Source: Callorhinchus milii
Taxonomy: Eukaryota
Length of the DNA: 64,000 nucleotides
NCBI RefSeq assembly: GCF_018977255.1
Contig: NW_024704743.1
Coordinates: 65,660,001 to 65,724,000, forward strand
Direction of reading: 5' to 3'
Shown here in pieces: positions 35,376 to 48,104 of the stretch. Position 1 is the first letter of the stretch. Every line of letters begins with the position of its first letter. The translations under genes and the position numbers were made by a program. The notes beneath the pieces were generated by a model. It saw only the letters and a program-made list of their open reading frames with translations. It did no database searches and was not told the DNA's origin.

Positions 35376-37609
35376 TATTTTTTATACGGTGCTTGTGAAA
35401 ATCATAGAAATGTCTTGAAGGCTCCTTGGTACTACAGTTAGCAGCATTTTATTTATTGGCAAAAAGATAACCTGGAAACCACATGAACAAATGCACGGGT
35501 TCCTGACAAACCTTTTTCATTCTCCGAATGATCCAGAGACCAGAGTCACTGAAGACATTCGTCTTGTGTAGGTTTTGTTCAGCAGTAGGTGGGATTTATA
35601 TTTAATATTATTGCTGACAATTGGTTTAAACATTGAGGGGAAAATAATAATAATCCTTGCATTTGATATAGCATCTTATCACTTGCCCACACTCCTGAAT
35701 GATGCATTGGACCATAGCGATCAGATTTTGCCAAGTGTTTCAGGCCCTGCGCTGGCTGTGCAGGTCAACTGCGTTCACAGCGTCGATGTGTATAATAGAA
35801 CTGATGCTGATCTCCCTGACCATCAAGTTGTGAGCTTGTTTATAGATGACGATGGTGCCCATTTCACCAGGAAACAATCCATGTTGGTGAGACCCACTGT
35901 GTATGTGTGGATGAAAACCACAGTATGGGATGTGATAATTATCAGATGAATAGAAAATGTGGTTGATTTGTGGCATACAAAGAATGTACAGAATGGAAAC
36001 TGGCCACTCAGCCCAACCAGTCCATACCAGTGTTTATACTCCATACCCTTCTACCATATTTCCTTCTCCCTCAATTGAACATCTCGCTTCCTTTGTCATT
36101 AATACAGGTTGTGGACTGAAAATTCCTTCCTTCCCCCTATCTTCCCAGACTTCTGGAGAATAGTTTTTCCCTGCACCCTGCTCAGAATTGAAATGGTCAA
36201 TCATTTTTTAGTTACAGTGAACACTGAAACCTCTATTCTGCCTGAGAACAGCCTTTAATTATTATTTTTAATTTTCATTTAAAAGCGGTATGTATTGACT
36301 TGGGTTATGTGTTGATTTTAGTTCCCTGATCTGACTGATTGCCCAGACCAAATGAGGAGTAGGAGTTTGGGCTCTGAAATTATTCCTGGCCATGGAAGAA
36401 CTAGCTCATCCCTGAGTTATCACTTACTTATCCTTCAAATGAGGTTAAACGAGGTCCCTCTACCTATCCAGGTAGAAGTTAAATTTGCATGGCATTCCTT
36501 GAAAAGAGAAAAGAGTTTCTCCCAGTATCCTAACAACAAGCCTCCAAATAAATATAATCATTCTGTTTGTGGGATATTGTTCTGCACAAATTGGCTGCCA
36601 TGTTTGTTTTGAAAATACAGTCACTGGTCATAAAACGTCACAGTAAATCTTGTGAAGTGTTTTGTGACGTCTTCTCAACATGAAAGGTGCTAGACCAAAG
36701 ACAACTCTAATTATTTTACTGTCCTAAAATTGATTAGTTTCAAATTAAAAGTTAAAAAGCCACATGACATTTGCAAGGACAGGAATGAAGGTTTTAGCGA
36801 TCACACTAATTACAAAAATCAGCCATTGAGTTCAGAATGGACTTCTCCAGAAGTTTGGGGGGAGGGTGCGGTGGGAGATTCAATAATAGTCCCAGATTTG
36901 TCATTAAGGACCAGATTGCTAAAGACAAAAAAACAAGATTTTGTGTCAAGACTGCACCTCTGTGATGTGCTTTCGATCACCTTACCGCTCACCCCTTTGA
37001 TTGCCACTACCAGGTCTGTTGTCCAGCCAGCAGTGTTAAGAACTTCTGATATCTTCCTGAGTTGAAAGGAGCTATATGAGTGTAAATTATATTGTAAGTA
37101 ATAGTTATCACCATTCATAATTATCAACCACATATAACATTTCCTGAAACCCAGTGTTTTTGCTTTCATATGAAATATACCATTAATGTCTAATTTACTT
37201 CATGAAAGGATTTATAAATAGCAGACACATGAGGACTGCAGCTCCAACACATATCCTGAGACAATCTTGGATTGGAGCTGCATTCTGTGGGCTGATGTGA
37301 TGTACATGAATTTCCCTGGAGGAGATGCACTTCATGTGTGAGATTTGTTTACTGGTGAAGTCCTGCTTGGATTTAAATCACTTAGATTGCCTTTTTTTGA
37401 TGTACAAGTTACTGAATTTGTTTGTTAACGTTGCATATGGCAGGTGGCTGTAATAAGTACAGAATGGGAGCGGAAGCTGCAAAGGGTAATGATTGTAGTG
37501 GAGGGGCTGTAGTTCATAGCAGGGTGAGGGGCTAGAAGATATTCAGAGACAGATGGATTGTTAATGATTGTGTAAGTCCATTGTCCATATGCGTGGAACA
37601 CACTACCAG

Positions 37610-37990
37610 TGTGGTTCGAGTTCAGTTGGCAGTACTCTTGTCTCTGGGTCAGAAGTTTGTGGGTTGAAGCACATGGTGGGACATGAACTCACAGTCTAGG
37701 CTGGCAATCAAATACAGTGCTGCATTGTTAGAGGTGCTGTCCTTTGGATGAGACATTAAAGCTAGTTCCACTCTGCGTTTCAACTGGATGTTAAAAAAGA
37801 AGTTTTTTCCCGGCCCTCTGGCCAACAATCCTATTGATTAATTTATCATTTACATCAGGGTTATTGTGGGACAGTGTGTGCAAATCACTGCTGCCATTTG
37901 TGTTTGTCTACAGAAAAAGTTACTGCACTTGTCAGTAATTACTGTGAAGCTCTTTGAGGTGTTTTGACATGATGAAGTCATATACAGATG
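37610..37990 (+). mobile_element. Old DeuSINE
   Basis: ttggcagtactcttgtctctgggtcagaagtttgtgggttgaagc head; gaggtgctgtcctttggatgagacattaaa Deu segment. Confidence 0.75.
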
Positions 37991-38187
37991 CTTCTGCTGA
38001 ACTTTTCTATACGATTCTATACTGTTTCTCCCAACCCCATACTGACCAAGCAGAAGAGACCAATGCTCAGTGTTTCTCAGAATGCAGGAAGAATCTCTTT
38101 AAAATGATCAAATAACCCAGAATTAATTATTTTATCAGAAAGTCTACATATCTGCTGCTCTAAGTGTGTATATACACGTTTGTTATA

Positions 38188-38620
38188 ATAATCCTTGCCT
38201 TTGGTACAGCACCTTTCACATCAGGAGGACGTCCTAAACTGCTTTACAGGATATGCCTTGAAGTGGAATGACTGTGGTTTTGTAGGCGATCTCAGTAATG
38301 TAATTGTGCACAGCAATGTTCCACAAACAGTCATGTAGTGAATGACCATTTTTTTTATTTTGGGGGGATTGTTGGCCAGGACACTGGGATAAACTTCCTT
38401 CTCTTTTCAAATAGTGCCATGGGATCTTTAACGTGCACCTGAACAGGCAGACGGGACCTTGGTTCCACATCTCATCTGAAATATGGCACCTCTGAGAATG
38501 CAGCATACTCCCAGCACTGCATTGGAGTATCAGCTTAGACTGTATGATTACGAATCCGACGTGGGGCTTGAACCCACATTCTTCTGAGATGAAAGTGCTA
38601 CCACTGAGCCACTATGACAC
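38188..38620 (-). mobile_element. Full-length DeuSINE (SacSINE1/AmnSINE-type Deu domain, L2-type tail)
   Basis: Antisense of tRNA-like head gtggctcagtggtagcac...gtgggttcaagcccc, Deu domain agaggtgccatatttcagatgagatg...aagatcccatggcactatttgaa...gtgtcctggccaac, and tail. Confidence 0.88.
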
Positions 38621-39379
38621 TTATTGTGTGTGTGTGTGTGGTTTGTGCTTGTGGTGTGTGTGGATTGTGTTTGTGTGTGGGGGGTGGGGGAGGAGAATTT
38701 AAAACCCTGTCCATTTTTTAAAAAAAATTAACTTGCTTTTGTTTCTCTTTCTAATTTATCTAGACCTGCTGCCTATTACGTGTTTCTAATCTGCTTCTAA
38801 ATCCATTTGCTTAACCGCAGCACTGCTTGTCCCTCTGCAGTTACTCACTGTGGGCTCTATTGTCTTTCAGTCTGTTGGCTGGGAGGCAATTTCAATTGTA
38901 ACAGTTCCTTAAGTACCTCACACTTTTCCACAGTAGCTCCCTCAAGCATAATTATTTTCTAATTAATCGTTTGCAAATGTTTTCATTGCCCAGCCGACGC
39001 CTGCTGTCTGGGCTTCGTCATGGAGAATGACCACTTGGGAGAGGTATAGCGGCTGTCCAATGTCAACTCGCCTTGATATCTTACCCAGTGGGATTCGCTG
39101 CCTTCATGAAAGAAACAAAGACTGCAGAAAGTATAAATTTCCATTAAGAATTACAGCAGCATTCAGCTACTAAGCTGCTCTCCAGGCGTGAAAGTGCAAT
39201 TGAATCTTAACTGACATTGGACATTTTCCATTTTAAACTGAAATAAATCTTTTCTTCTGTATAAAGAAAATCCCAAACAGACTGCAGGCATCACAGTGAA
39301 GTCCTGCTTGGATTTAAATCATATTGCTTCCTTGTAACCAGAAATCCATCACACAGCATCTCTGCACAGGCTCATAATA

Positions 39380-39816
39380 CAAATCCTTGCATTTAATATA
39401 GCAACCTTCACCTCAGGAGGATGTATCAAAGCGCTTTACAGGATTTACAGTGAAGTTCAGTGACTGTATTTGTAGGTGAACATCACAGCCAATTTGTGTA
39501 TAGCAATATCCCACAAACAGACACATAGTGAATGAACAATTTTATCTGGGAGATTGTTTGGGCCAGGACACAGGAGAAACTTTGTTCTATTTTCAAATAT
39601 TACCATGGGATCTTTAATGTCCACCTGAACTAGCAAGGACCTAGGCTTAAGATTTCATCCAAACGATGGCATCTCCAACAAGTCAGCACTCCCCCAGCAC
39701 TGCACTTCAGTGACAGTCTGGACCATGACTTAAAGATCCCGACAAGGGACAAGAGGTATCAACCCACAACAGTCTGACTCAGAGGTGAGAGTGTCACCAA
39801 CTGAGCCAGGCTGACA
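39380..39816 (-). mobile_element. Full-length DeuSINE
   Basis: Same modules as 38188-38620. Confidence 0.85.
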
Positions 39817-40030
39817 AAGATGCAAAGAGTATTTTCAGAACCATATAATCCAGAAGGAGGCCATTCCAACCACCCAACATGAGCCTATGCTGACTTTGAA
39901 ACGCTATCCGTTTTGTCCCATTCTCCCATTTTTTCTCTGTAACCTTTGATACTTGTATTTTTCAGATATTTATCTAGCTCTCTTTTAAAAACTAGTATGG
40001 ATTTTGCCTCAGGTAGGGCATTTCATGTCC

Positions 40031-40127
<97 letters not shown>
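40031..40127. repeat. (TTA)n microsatellite, ~32 perfect units, inside an antisense CR1 remnant (39835-40190)
   Basis: Read directly from the sequence. Confidence 0.97.
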
Positions 40128-40128
<1 letters not shown>

Positions 40129-40369
40129 CATGTCCTAACAATTCTCTGTGTAAAATAATTCTCCTGACCTGTTCCTTTTGTTCTTTTGATAATTAAGTTT
40201 TTCTTTGGTCAGCTGTGTATCTGACACTTGTGGAAACTCATCAGTATGCTTAAAAGTATCCAAGCTAGATTGAGAGTTCCATGTATGCCACCTACACATG
40301 GAAATTCCTGTGTCCCATGTCTTAATAAACATCAGGAAGTATTTCTTTACACAAAGCGTAATTAATGGT

Positions 40370-40835
40370 CAGAGCTCGACTATGCAAGTCCAGGTTCGAC
40401 TATGCAAACCCCCTCTTGTCGGCCTTCCCAACTCCTCCCTCCACAGGCTGGAGATAATCCAGAACTCTGCAGCCCATATCCTCTCCCGTACCAAACTCTG
40501 TGACCCCATCTCCCCCACTCTCGCCCGACTCCATTGGCTCCCTATCCTTCAGAGGATCCAGTTCAAGATCCTGGTCCTCATATATAAAGCCCTCCATGGC
40601 ATCGCCCCACCCTACCGCTGTGACCTCCTAATCCCCTACCAATCCGCCCATTCCCTCCGCTCAGCCGGCTCTGGCCTGCTCCCCGTCCCCAGACCCACCC
40701 GCCCCACCATTGGTGGGAGAGCCTTCAGCCACTCTGCCCCCAACCTCTGGAATTCCATACCCCAGTCACTTCGCCTCGCCCCTTCCTTAGCCTCCATGAT
40801 AGGCGCTATATAAATGTAATCTTCTTGTTGTTGTA
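40370..40835 (+). mobile_element. L2 3' fragment
   Basis: LVGLPNSSLHRLEIIQNSAAHIL...LHWLPILQRIQFKILVLIYKALHG; tail ggcgctatataaatgtaatcttcttgttgttg. Confidence 0.9.
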
Positions 40836-40884
40836 ATGACTAGAATGGTTTACCAGGAAGGGTGGTTGAGGCTAGGAATCCATT

Positions 40885-41090
40885 TAAAAACAACAAGATT
40901 ACATTTGTATAGTGCCTTTCACATCAGGAGGACGTCCCAAGGCGCTGGACAGTGTATAGCATTTCAGACCCGAGCTGGGGTCAGGGTGGCAGAAGGGAGG
41001 GGAGGGAGAGGGGGGTGACCAATGGTATGGTGGAAGAGGAGAGTTTTGAGGCGGGACTTGAAAGAGGCTAAGGAGGGGGCGAGGCGGACT
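40885..41090 (-). mobile_element. L2 3'UTR fragment
   Basis: acaacaagattacatttgtatagtgcctttcacatcaggaggacgtcccaaggcgct. Confidence 0.85.
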
Positions 41091-41529
41091 TTCTTCACCT
41101 GAACCTCGCTGATGCTTGTATACATTTAGATACTATTTTTGAGCATCACCATGTAAGAGCAAAGAAATGAACAAGAAACCAACGTAACAGTTTTCAACCA
41201 ATAAGAGGGCACATTTTTAACCCAGGTATAAAAGGAATTTAAAACATTCTCTTTGCATATTGGGTGGTTGGAATAATGGATTCTTAGCCATAAATTGCAA
41301 CTGAAGCAGAGTCCATAGATTCTTTTAAAAGGGATTTAGGTAATAATAATCCTTGCATTTGATGTAGTGTAAAATACTATGCATTTGTAGGTAGACTTAA
41401 GTCCTCCTACAAATTTTGTATTGCACGCAACAAAGTCCCACGAATAGTCATTGAAGTGAAAGACCACTTCATTTGGAGGACACTGGGAGAGGCACCTGCT
41501 TTTAAAATAATGATAATAATAAAATAATA

Positions 41530-41985
41530 ATAATAGCAAAATAAAAATAATACCAGCATTTGATATAGCGTCTTTCATATTGGGAGGATGTCTCAAAGTA
41601 CTTCACAACAACATCAGTAACGAAAATAGGATTAATTGTAAAGTGTAGTGATTACATCTTCCGTAGACGGACATGGTAGCCAATTTACATGCTTCAATGT
41701 CCCACAAACAGCCGTGAAGGGAATGAACAATTTTATTTGGAAGAATTCTTGGCCAACACTGGGAGAAACTTATTTGATTTTTCTATAGTGCCAATGGGGT
41801 TTTAAATTACATCTGAACAGGCAGACAGGACCTTCAGTTTAACATCTCATCCAAAGAATATCATCTCCAACAATACAGAACTCCCCCAGCACTGCACTGG
41901 AGTGTCAGCCTAGACTTTATGAGTTCAAAGTCTCCACAAACCACAATGTTCTGAGGTGAGAAGACTGTATTACCAACTGAATCAT
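41530..41985 (-). mobile_element. DeuSINE, near full length
   Basis: Same modules as 38188-38620. Confidence 0.8.
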
Positions 41986-42534
41986 GATACAGAACATCCT
42001 GCCAAGGAGGGTGTGAAGGTGGAGCCATTGTAGCTTTCATCAAAGAAGTAGACAGACATAAGAAAGAGAGGGAATTGAAGGGATATGATGATAAGATTAT
42101 TTCAATATTTCAACATGATAAAACTATATTAAACACAAGTTTTATTATTTGCTGTATGGATTTATGTGGTATGACCCTGCAAAGGAATATTGGTATATAT
42201 TATAGACTACATGGATAAATCACAGAACACAGAAATTTATGACACAGAAGAAGGCAATTTGGCCCATTGTGTCTGTGTTGGCTTCCTCAATAGCAATCCT
42301 TTCAATATGTTTACCTGCCCTTTCCCCATACCATGTGGCTGACTGTTCTTAAAGTATTTCTTTAGTTCCCTCATGAAGGCCAATATGCATTGTGCCTCGA
42401 CCTCTGCTACTGGCAGGACATTTCATACCCTAACTATTCTGTGTGTGAAAATATTGCCCTGGCTTTCTTAGATTGATGCCTTCCATGACTGACTCACCAA
42501 CCAGTGGAGATATATACACCATGAGTAAACTACA

Positions 42535-42975
42535 TATAACAACACCTTGCCTTTATATAGTTTTTTTGCACAGGGTAATGTCTTGAAGTGCTTAACAGTG
42601 GTTTAGCTTGATGCCAAACCAGGGAGAAGGTGACCATAGGCATGGTCAAAGAGGAAGATTTTTAGGTGCGATCCGAAGATGGACAAAGAGGGAACAAGGC
42701 AAAGGGATTGAGGCAGTGAGTTCCATAGTTTGGGGGCGTAGTGGCTGAAACCACGGCCACCGATGGTGGAGCTGAGGTGATGAGGGAGCTGGGGGAGGCC
42801 AGAGCTAGCTGAGTGCAGGGGGTGGACAGAGGAGTGGGGTGTAAGCAGGTAGGAGAGGTAGGGGGGTGCCAGGGAGTGAAGTGATTTGTATGCAAGTGTG
42901 ACGATCTTAAAATTGATCCATTCTGCAATAGGGAACCAGTAGAACCTGGCAAGCATTGGGTGATGGGGGTGCGGA
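42535..42975 (-). mobile_element. L2 3' fragment
   Basis: FYWFPIAEWINFKIVTLAYKSLHSLAPPYL...GGRGFSHYAPKLWNSLP. Confidence 0.85.
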
Positions 42976-45900
42976 GTTTACATATAAGCCATATGTAAAC
43001 ATATATATGTATTATATGCCACATGTAAATCACGTACAAATGGATGTGTATTAGGCACCATGCGTAAATTGTGTTTAAACACAAGAAAATGCAGGTATCC
43101 TTAATTGTGTCTGGGATCGCCTGGAATCCTTTTTATTGGTTGTTAACTATATAATTTAGGCCACCTGTAATTCCCTCGGTACATATGGTTTACATACAAT
43201 CTATACAACTCGCAAATTAGGCCTCGGTGATATTTTTATTCATGAACTGAAGCAGAAAGAACCCATCTCAGTGAAATGTGCACAAGTGAATACAGCCTGT
43301 GCCAAACAATAGAGGGCAGCATTGCATTAAGCAGCAGAGCTGAAACTCCTGGGGTGGGGGGTGCAGGGTAGCAATTTTTTTCAGGTCAATTAGATGCCAA
43401 CTATTGGAAAATCCTATGAATTTTAAACAGGTCTGAAGGGAACTCCACCTGTGGCTCACTGTGATATCGCTGAGCTCAGTGGGATGATTTTCACAAACAG
43501 CAAAGTACCTGTGGAGCAGGCACCTCAGCCACACTGAATAATCACTCAAGGCAAATTCACACACTGCTCAGCCTTACATCATAATCAGTCTGTCTGCAGA
43601 AGTGCAAAATCCTGGATTAACCTGCAACTTTCAGCCTGGCTCTTCAGGAGGATATGTTTTCCGTTCAATTTTGCTAAAGTGTAATTCACAATCACCATCG
43701 GATCAGTTTGATTTGTGGCATTTTCAAAATGACTTAGATTGACTGTTCCATTCTGTTGCTTGTCAGGGTGTGAAAGCAAATCGTTTAAGTTGTGAAAAAG
43801 TTACCGGATCTTAGTGAAAGTTATTGAACATCCAGGTAAAAAAAGATGTCAAAGCTTCCCTTTCGAGCGTGAAGAAGTAGTGTCAGATATTGCTTTCAAA
43901 AGGTTAAACCTACCACTGATGAAATGGAGCTTAAACAGTACAGTAATCGCATTCGTCACTCTTCATAATGATCCTTTTGGGAGCCATGAGAAAACTGCGC
44001 TGTAGTGATGGATGGGTTGCAGAGACGGTTCCTTCTATATTTTATTACTCAGGAAGCCATAAACAGTTCAAGCTCCAATACATACCACAATATATCAGAG
44101 TGTTGCAGTGTGAGGCTATTGTAGCTTCAGAATAATGGATAAATCAGAGGGAGTTATGAGGCAGCAACACAATTGAAGGCCTCAAACAATGTCATAATTT
44201 GCAAGACTGAAGGTCAAGCAGTTTGCAAGCATTATCAGAACTCCAGGCTTGCAAAGCTCTCTCTAGCTCCTTGTACCTGCTGCTTTTGCATCAGGTGCAA
44301 TTTTAATTTTCACTGTATGCATTGCAGAGTTTGCTCCGTCATGACAACTACTGTACATCCACCTACTTCACTGTGTAAAAAGTGTTTTGGAAAGTTCAAC
44401 CTGATAAGACAGAATGTCAAATCCACATAATGTGGTTTATACAATGCATCCAGTGATTCTAATTATGCCTGCTTTAGGGAAAGGTCTCAAATGATTTTTA
44501 AAGATTTAGATGGTTATCACAGTTGTAGCTATTGCACTTAGATTTTCTGATGAAATATATTAAGAATACATATTGCAGCATGTCAGGAAGTTTAAACCAG
44601 TTACTTTTCCAATTTGTTTTCAAATGGAAGAAAAACCTAGGGAAATGACTGGAATATAATACAAAGTGCTTAACCACATGGAAGATAGCCAAGGGTTTGG
44701 AATTATTAATAAATAAAACATGCATATGTTCCTCATTTCTCTTTACATCCCGCCCTGCCTAGCAACATTCCCACACTCCAGCCTGTGCTGTTCTTGTGCC
44801 ATCTGCTAGGAGTGAGATTAATATAGGTTCACATGGCCTCTGATTCCCCCACTCTCCCTGTAGGGAACCACCTTGCATCTGCTGGCACTCACTGACTAGG
44901 CAATTGTGCGGCAGGGAGGGGGAGGTGAGGAGGATGGAAGCAAGCAGTTTTTTTTTAGCTGAGTTGGCTCCAAGGTGACATATGCGGGAATGGAATCAAA
45001 TTGATTCTCTGAAGCGGTTTCGGTATTCTGGTATCAGAGCCAGGTGGGTCCGCAGGACAGGCAGGAGCAGACCAGTTACTAAGAGGTACCTTGGCTCTTG
45101 CTATCCTACACCTAAAGTGCACACATTATACCAGACAAATTATACAAATATGGAATTCTCAGTAGTTCAATTGGGGAGTCTTAAGCAAGGTGATAGGTTC
45201 ATGCATATGTCAGATAGGTTAGTCTTCAGATGGGATCTTAAACCAATATACTATTTGCTTGTTCAGATGGATATTAAAATCGTATGCCACCATTTGAAAA
45301 GACTGGCATCTTGGCTAACAAATCTCCAGATAAAGTGAATATTCACTTTATTCTGTGTACAAAATAGCTCCCACATTTACCTACAAATATACATTCACTA
45401 TACTTATAATTTAATAATCCTCGCTTTTGATACTACGCCTTGTTATCTCATTGAGAATGTCTCAGAGTACTTCACAGGAATTAAAGTGTAGTGACTGTGT
45501 GTTTGTAGTTGAACACTGTAGCCAATTAGCACACAACAATGTCCTTGACATAAGGCAGAGGTCTGATGGTTCTCACTTTGGAGGAGGAAGCTGCTCAGGT
45601 TAAAGGGCACGAGTGGAATGCTGATAACTCATTGTAGGTTAGAGTGAGTAGATTGGTAACAACATGGAGAATGTTGCTCTCTGCACTCAGGACTAAGTAG
45701 TAAGGAGGTGATTGGGCTTATTGATCAGCCAAGTTAATGAAGAGCTGGCAAGAGAGAGATAGAGAGGGAGGAAATGAATGAAGAAGTGAGTGAGGGTTTG
45801 ATCTCGTTGCCTGGCAGACCGAAGAAACTTATGTGCTGTTTTGAATTTTGTTCCTGTTGCGAAAAATAAACATGTTTTCATTTAAAAGTTGAGAAGGAAT

Positions 45901-46208
45901 CTCCATTTTTCCAACTTCTCATATGTGCTTTAGAGTGTTATATCTGCTATTTCTATTAATAATGGTATTATTATTTCAAATGCAAGGATTGTTAATATGA
46001 AATTTTTCACTGGTGATGCTGTGTTTATCACACCACGTACTTCTTATTTCAACCAGCTGTGAAAACGGTAAATGCATATTAACTGATTTCTTACCTGTTT
46101 AGGCTATTTTCTATAATGAGATACTGAGATATCTGCTACAATATTATTTATTTAACTTTATCTTGTGATAACTAATAATAACAATAATCTATGCATTTGA
46201 TAGAGTGC

Positions 46209-46438
46209 CTTCTCTTTGACCGTGCCTTCAGCTCCCCTCTCGACTCTCTTCCCCCTCCTCGCTCCCTCCCTTCCCTCCCCTCACCCTGACCATTTCCCCC
46301 CTCCTCTCTCCCTCCCTTCCCTCCCCTCACCCTGACCATTTCCCCCCTGCTCGGGTCATGACCCAACTGTGCAGCGCCTTGGGACGTCCTCCTGACATGA
46401 AAGGCGCTTTATAAATGGAATCTTGTTGTTGTTGTTGC
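46209..46438 (+). mobile_element. Young L2 3'UTR with an internal ~46-bp tandem duplication
   Basis: ccccctcctc.ctccctcccttccctcccctcaccctgaccatt occurs twice; tail ataaatggaatcttgttgttg. Confidence 0.85.
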
Positions 46439-46614
46439 TGTATCACAACATTGGAACGTCTCAAGATGCTTCACAGAATATACTGTGAAGTGAATTCACT
46501 TTCACTCCCTTCAATCCATTCACTCCCTGGCACATCCCTACCTCTCTGACCGCCTCATTCCCCAATTCACCACCAGGCACCTCCGCTCGACTGGCACTGG
46601 CCTCCTGCTCCTGC

Positions 46615-47850
46615 AGACATGGGGTTAACTTCCACATGTATGCATGCGGATGACACCCAACTCTACCTTTCCTCCTCTACCCTCAACTCCACGACCACCG
46701 ATGTCCTGACAGCCTGCCTGTCCGACATCGAGTCCTGGACGAAAGACAACTTTCTTCAGCTCAACGTGCGTAAAACTGAGGCCCTCCTGATTGGCTCACG
46801 TCAGTGCCTCCGCACCTCTGGCGCGGACAGCATCAGCATCCAAGGCTGCACTCTCCACCTCTCAAAGCCAGTCAGGAACCTCGGCGTTCTGTTCGACCCT
46901 GAGCTGTCTTTTCTCCCTCATATCCGCGCCACAACTGGCACCGCCTTCCATCACCTCCGGAACATCGCCAGACTACGGCACTACCTCACCCCTCACGCTG
47001 CTGAAACTCTGGTCCACGCCTTTATCACCTCAAGGCTGGACTATGGGAACTCTCTCCTCGTCGGCCTTCCCGGCACCTCCCTCCACAAGCTTCAGGTCAT
47101 TCAGAACTCTGCAGCTCGTGTACTGTCCCGCACCAGGCTTCGGGACCACATCACTCCCACCCTCGCTCGCCTCCACTGGCTCTCCATCCCCCAGAGGATC
47201 GAATTCAAGATCCTCATTCTCACCTACAAGGCCATTCATGGCCTCGCTCCCTCCTACCTCTCCGACCTACTATCCCCCTACTTACCTGCCTGTACCCTCC
47301 GTTCCTCTGGCTCCGGTCTGCTACACATCCCCCGCCCCAACCGCCCTACCATCGGTGGCCGGGCCTTCAGCCTCTCAGCCCCGAGGCTCTGGAACTCTAT
47401 CCCCCAGTGCCTTCGCCGCCTCCTCCCTTTCCTCCTTCAAGGCCGGTCTCAAGACCTTTCTCTTTGACCGTCTCCTTCAGCTCTCCTCTCGACTCTCTCC
47501 AATAATCCCTCCAAAACAAAACAATAATAAATTGGTCATTTTCAATCTACGACTGTTTGTGGGACATTGCTGTGCGCAATTGGCTGCTGCGTTCGCCCAC
47601 AAATATACAGTCAATTCACTTTACAGTGTGTTCTGTGAAGCGCTTTGGGATGTCCTCCCGACGTGAAAAGCGCTATATTAAATGCAAGGATTATTATAAT
47701 TATTATTACCCCCTCCTCGCTCCCTCCCTTCCCTCCCCTCACCCTGACCAATTCCCCCCTGCTCGGGTCCTGACCCAACTGTACAGCGCCTTGGGACGTC
47801 CTCCCGACGTGAAAGGCACTCTATAAATGGAATCTTGTTGTTGTTGTTGC
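46615..47850 (+). mobile_element. Young 5'-truncated L2 (282-aa open RT C-terminus) with a SINE inserted in its 3'UTR
   Basis: HADDTQLYLS...NFLQLNVRKTE...HAFITSRLDYGNSLL...GGRAFSLSAPRLWNSIP without interruption; many intact CpGs; (TTG)n tail at ~47835-47850. Confidence 0.95.
47499..47708 (+). mobile_element. 5'-truncated young SINE nested in L2
   Basis: Nearly identical to 4730-4938; the L2 3'UTR sequence resumes at 47709. Confidence 0.9.
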
Positions 47851-48104
47851 TCGTCCCTCACACACTCCTCCCCAGCATCGGAGGTCATGCTTTCAGCCAC
47901 TATGCTCCAAAACTCTGGAACACTCTCCCTCAATCCCTCTGTCTTGCCCCCTCTCTCAAGTCCTGCCTGAAAACTTTCCACTTCGACCAGACTTACGGTC
48001 ACCTCCCTCCTCCTCCCGGCTCGGAGTCAGGCTCCGCCACTGTCAAACCCTTTGAGACTCTACCCTGCGTGTATAAGTGCAAGTTGTTGTACTTGCAATT
48101 GTTG

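Noticed and set aside
39946..40158. Poly-leucine ORF
   Set aside because: Translation of the (TTA)n microsatellite.
46791..47666. 291-aa Ser/Pro-rich ORF
   Set aside because: Alternative frame of the C-rich L2 sequence running into a nested SINE.
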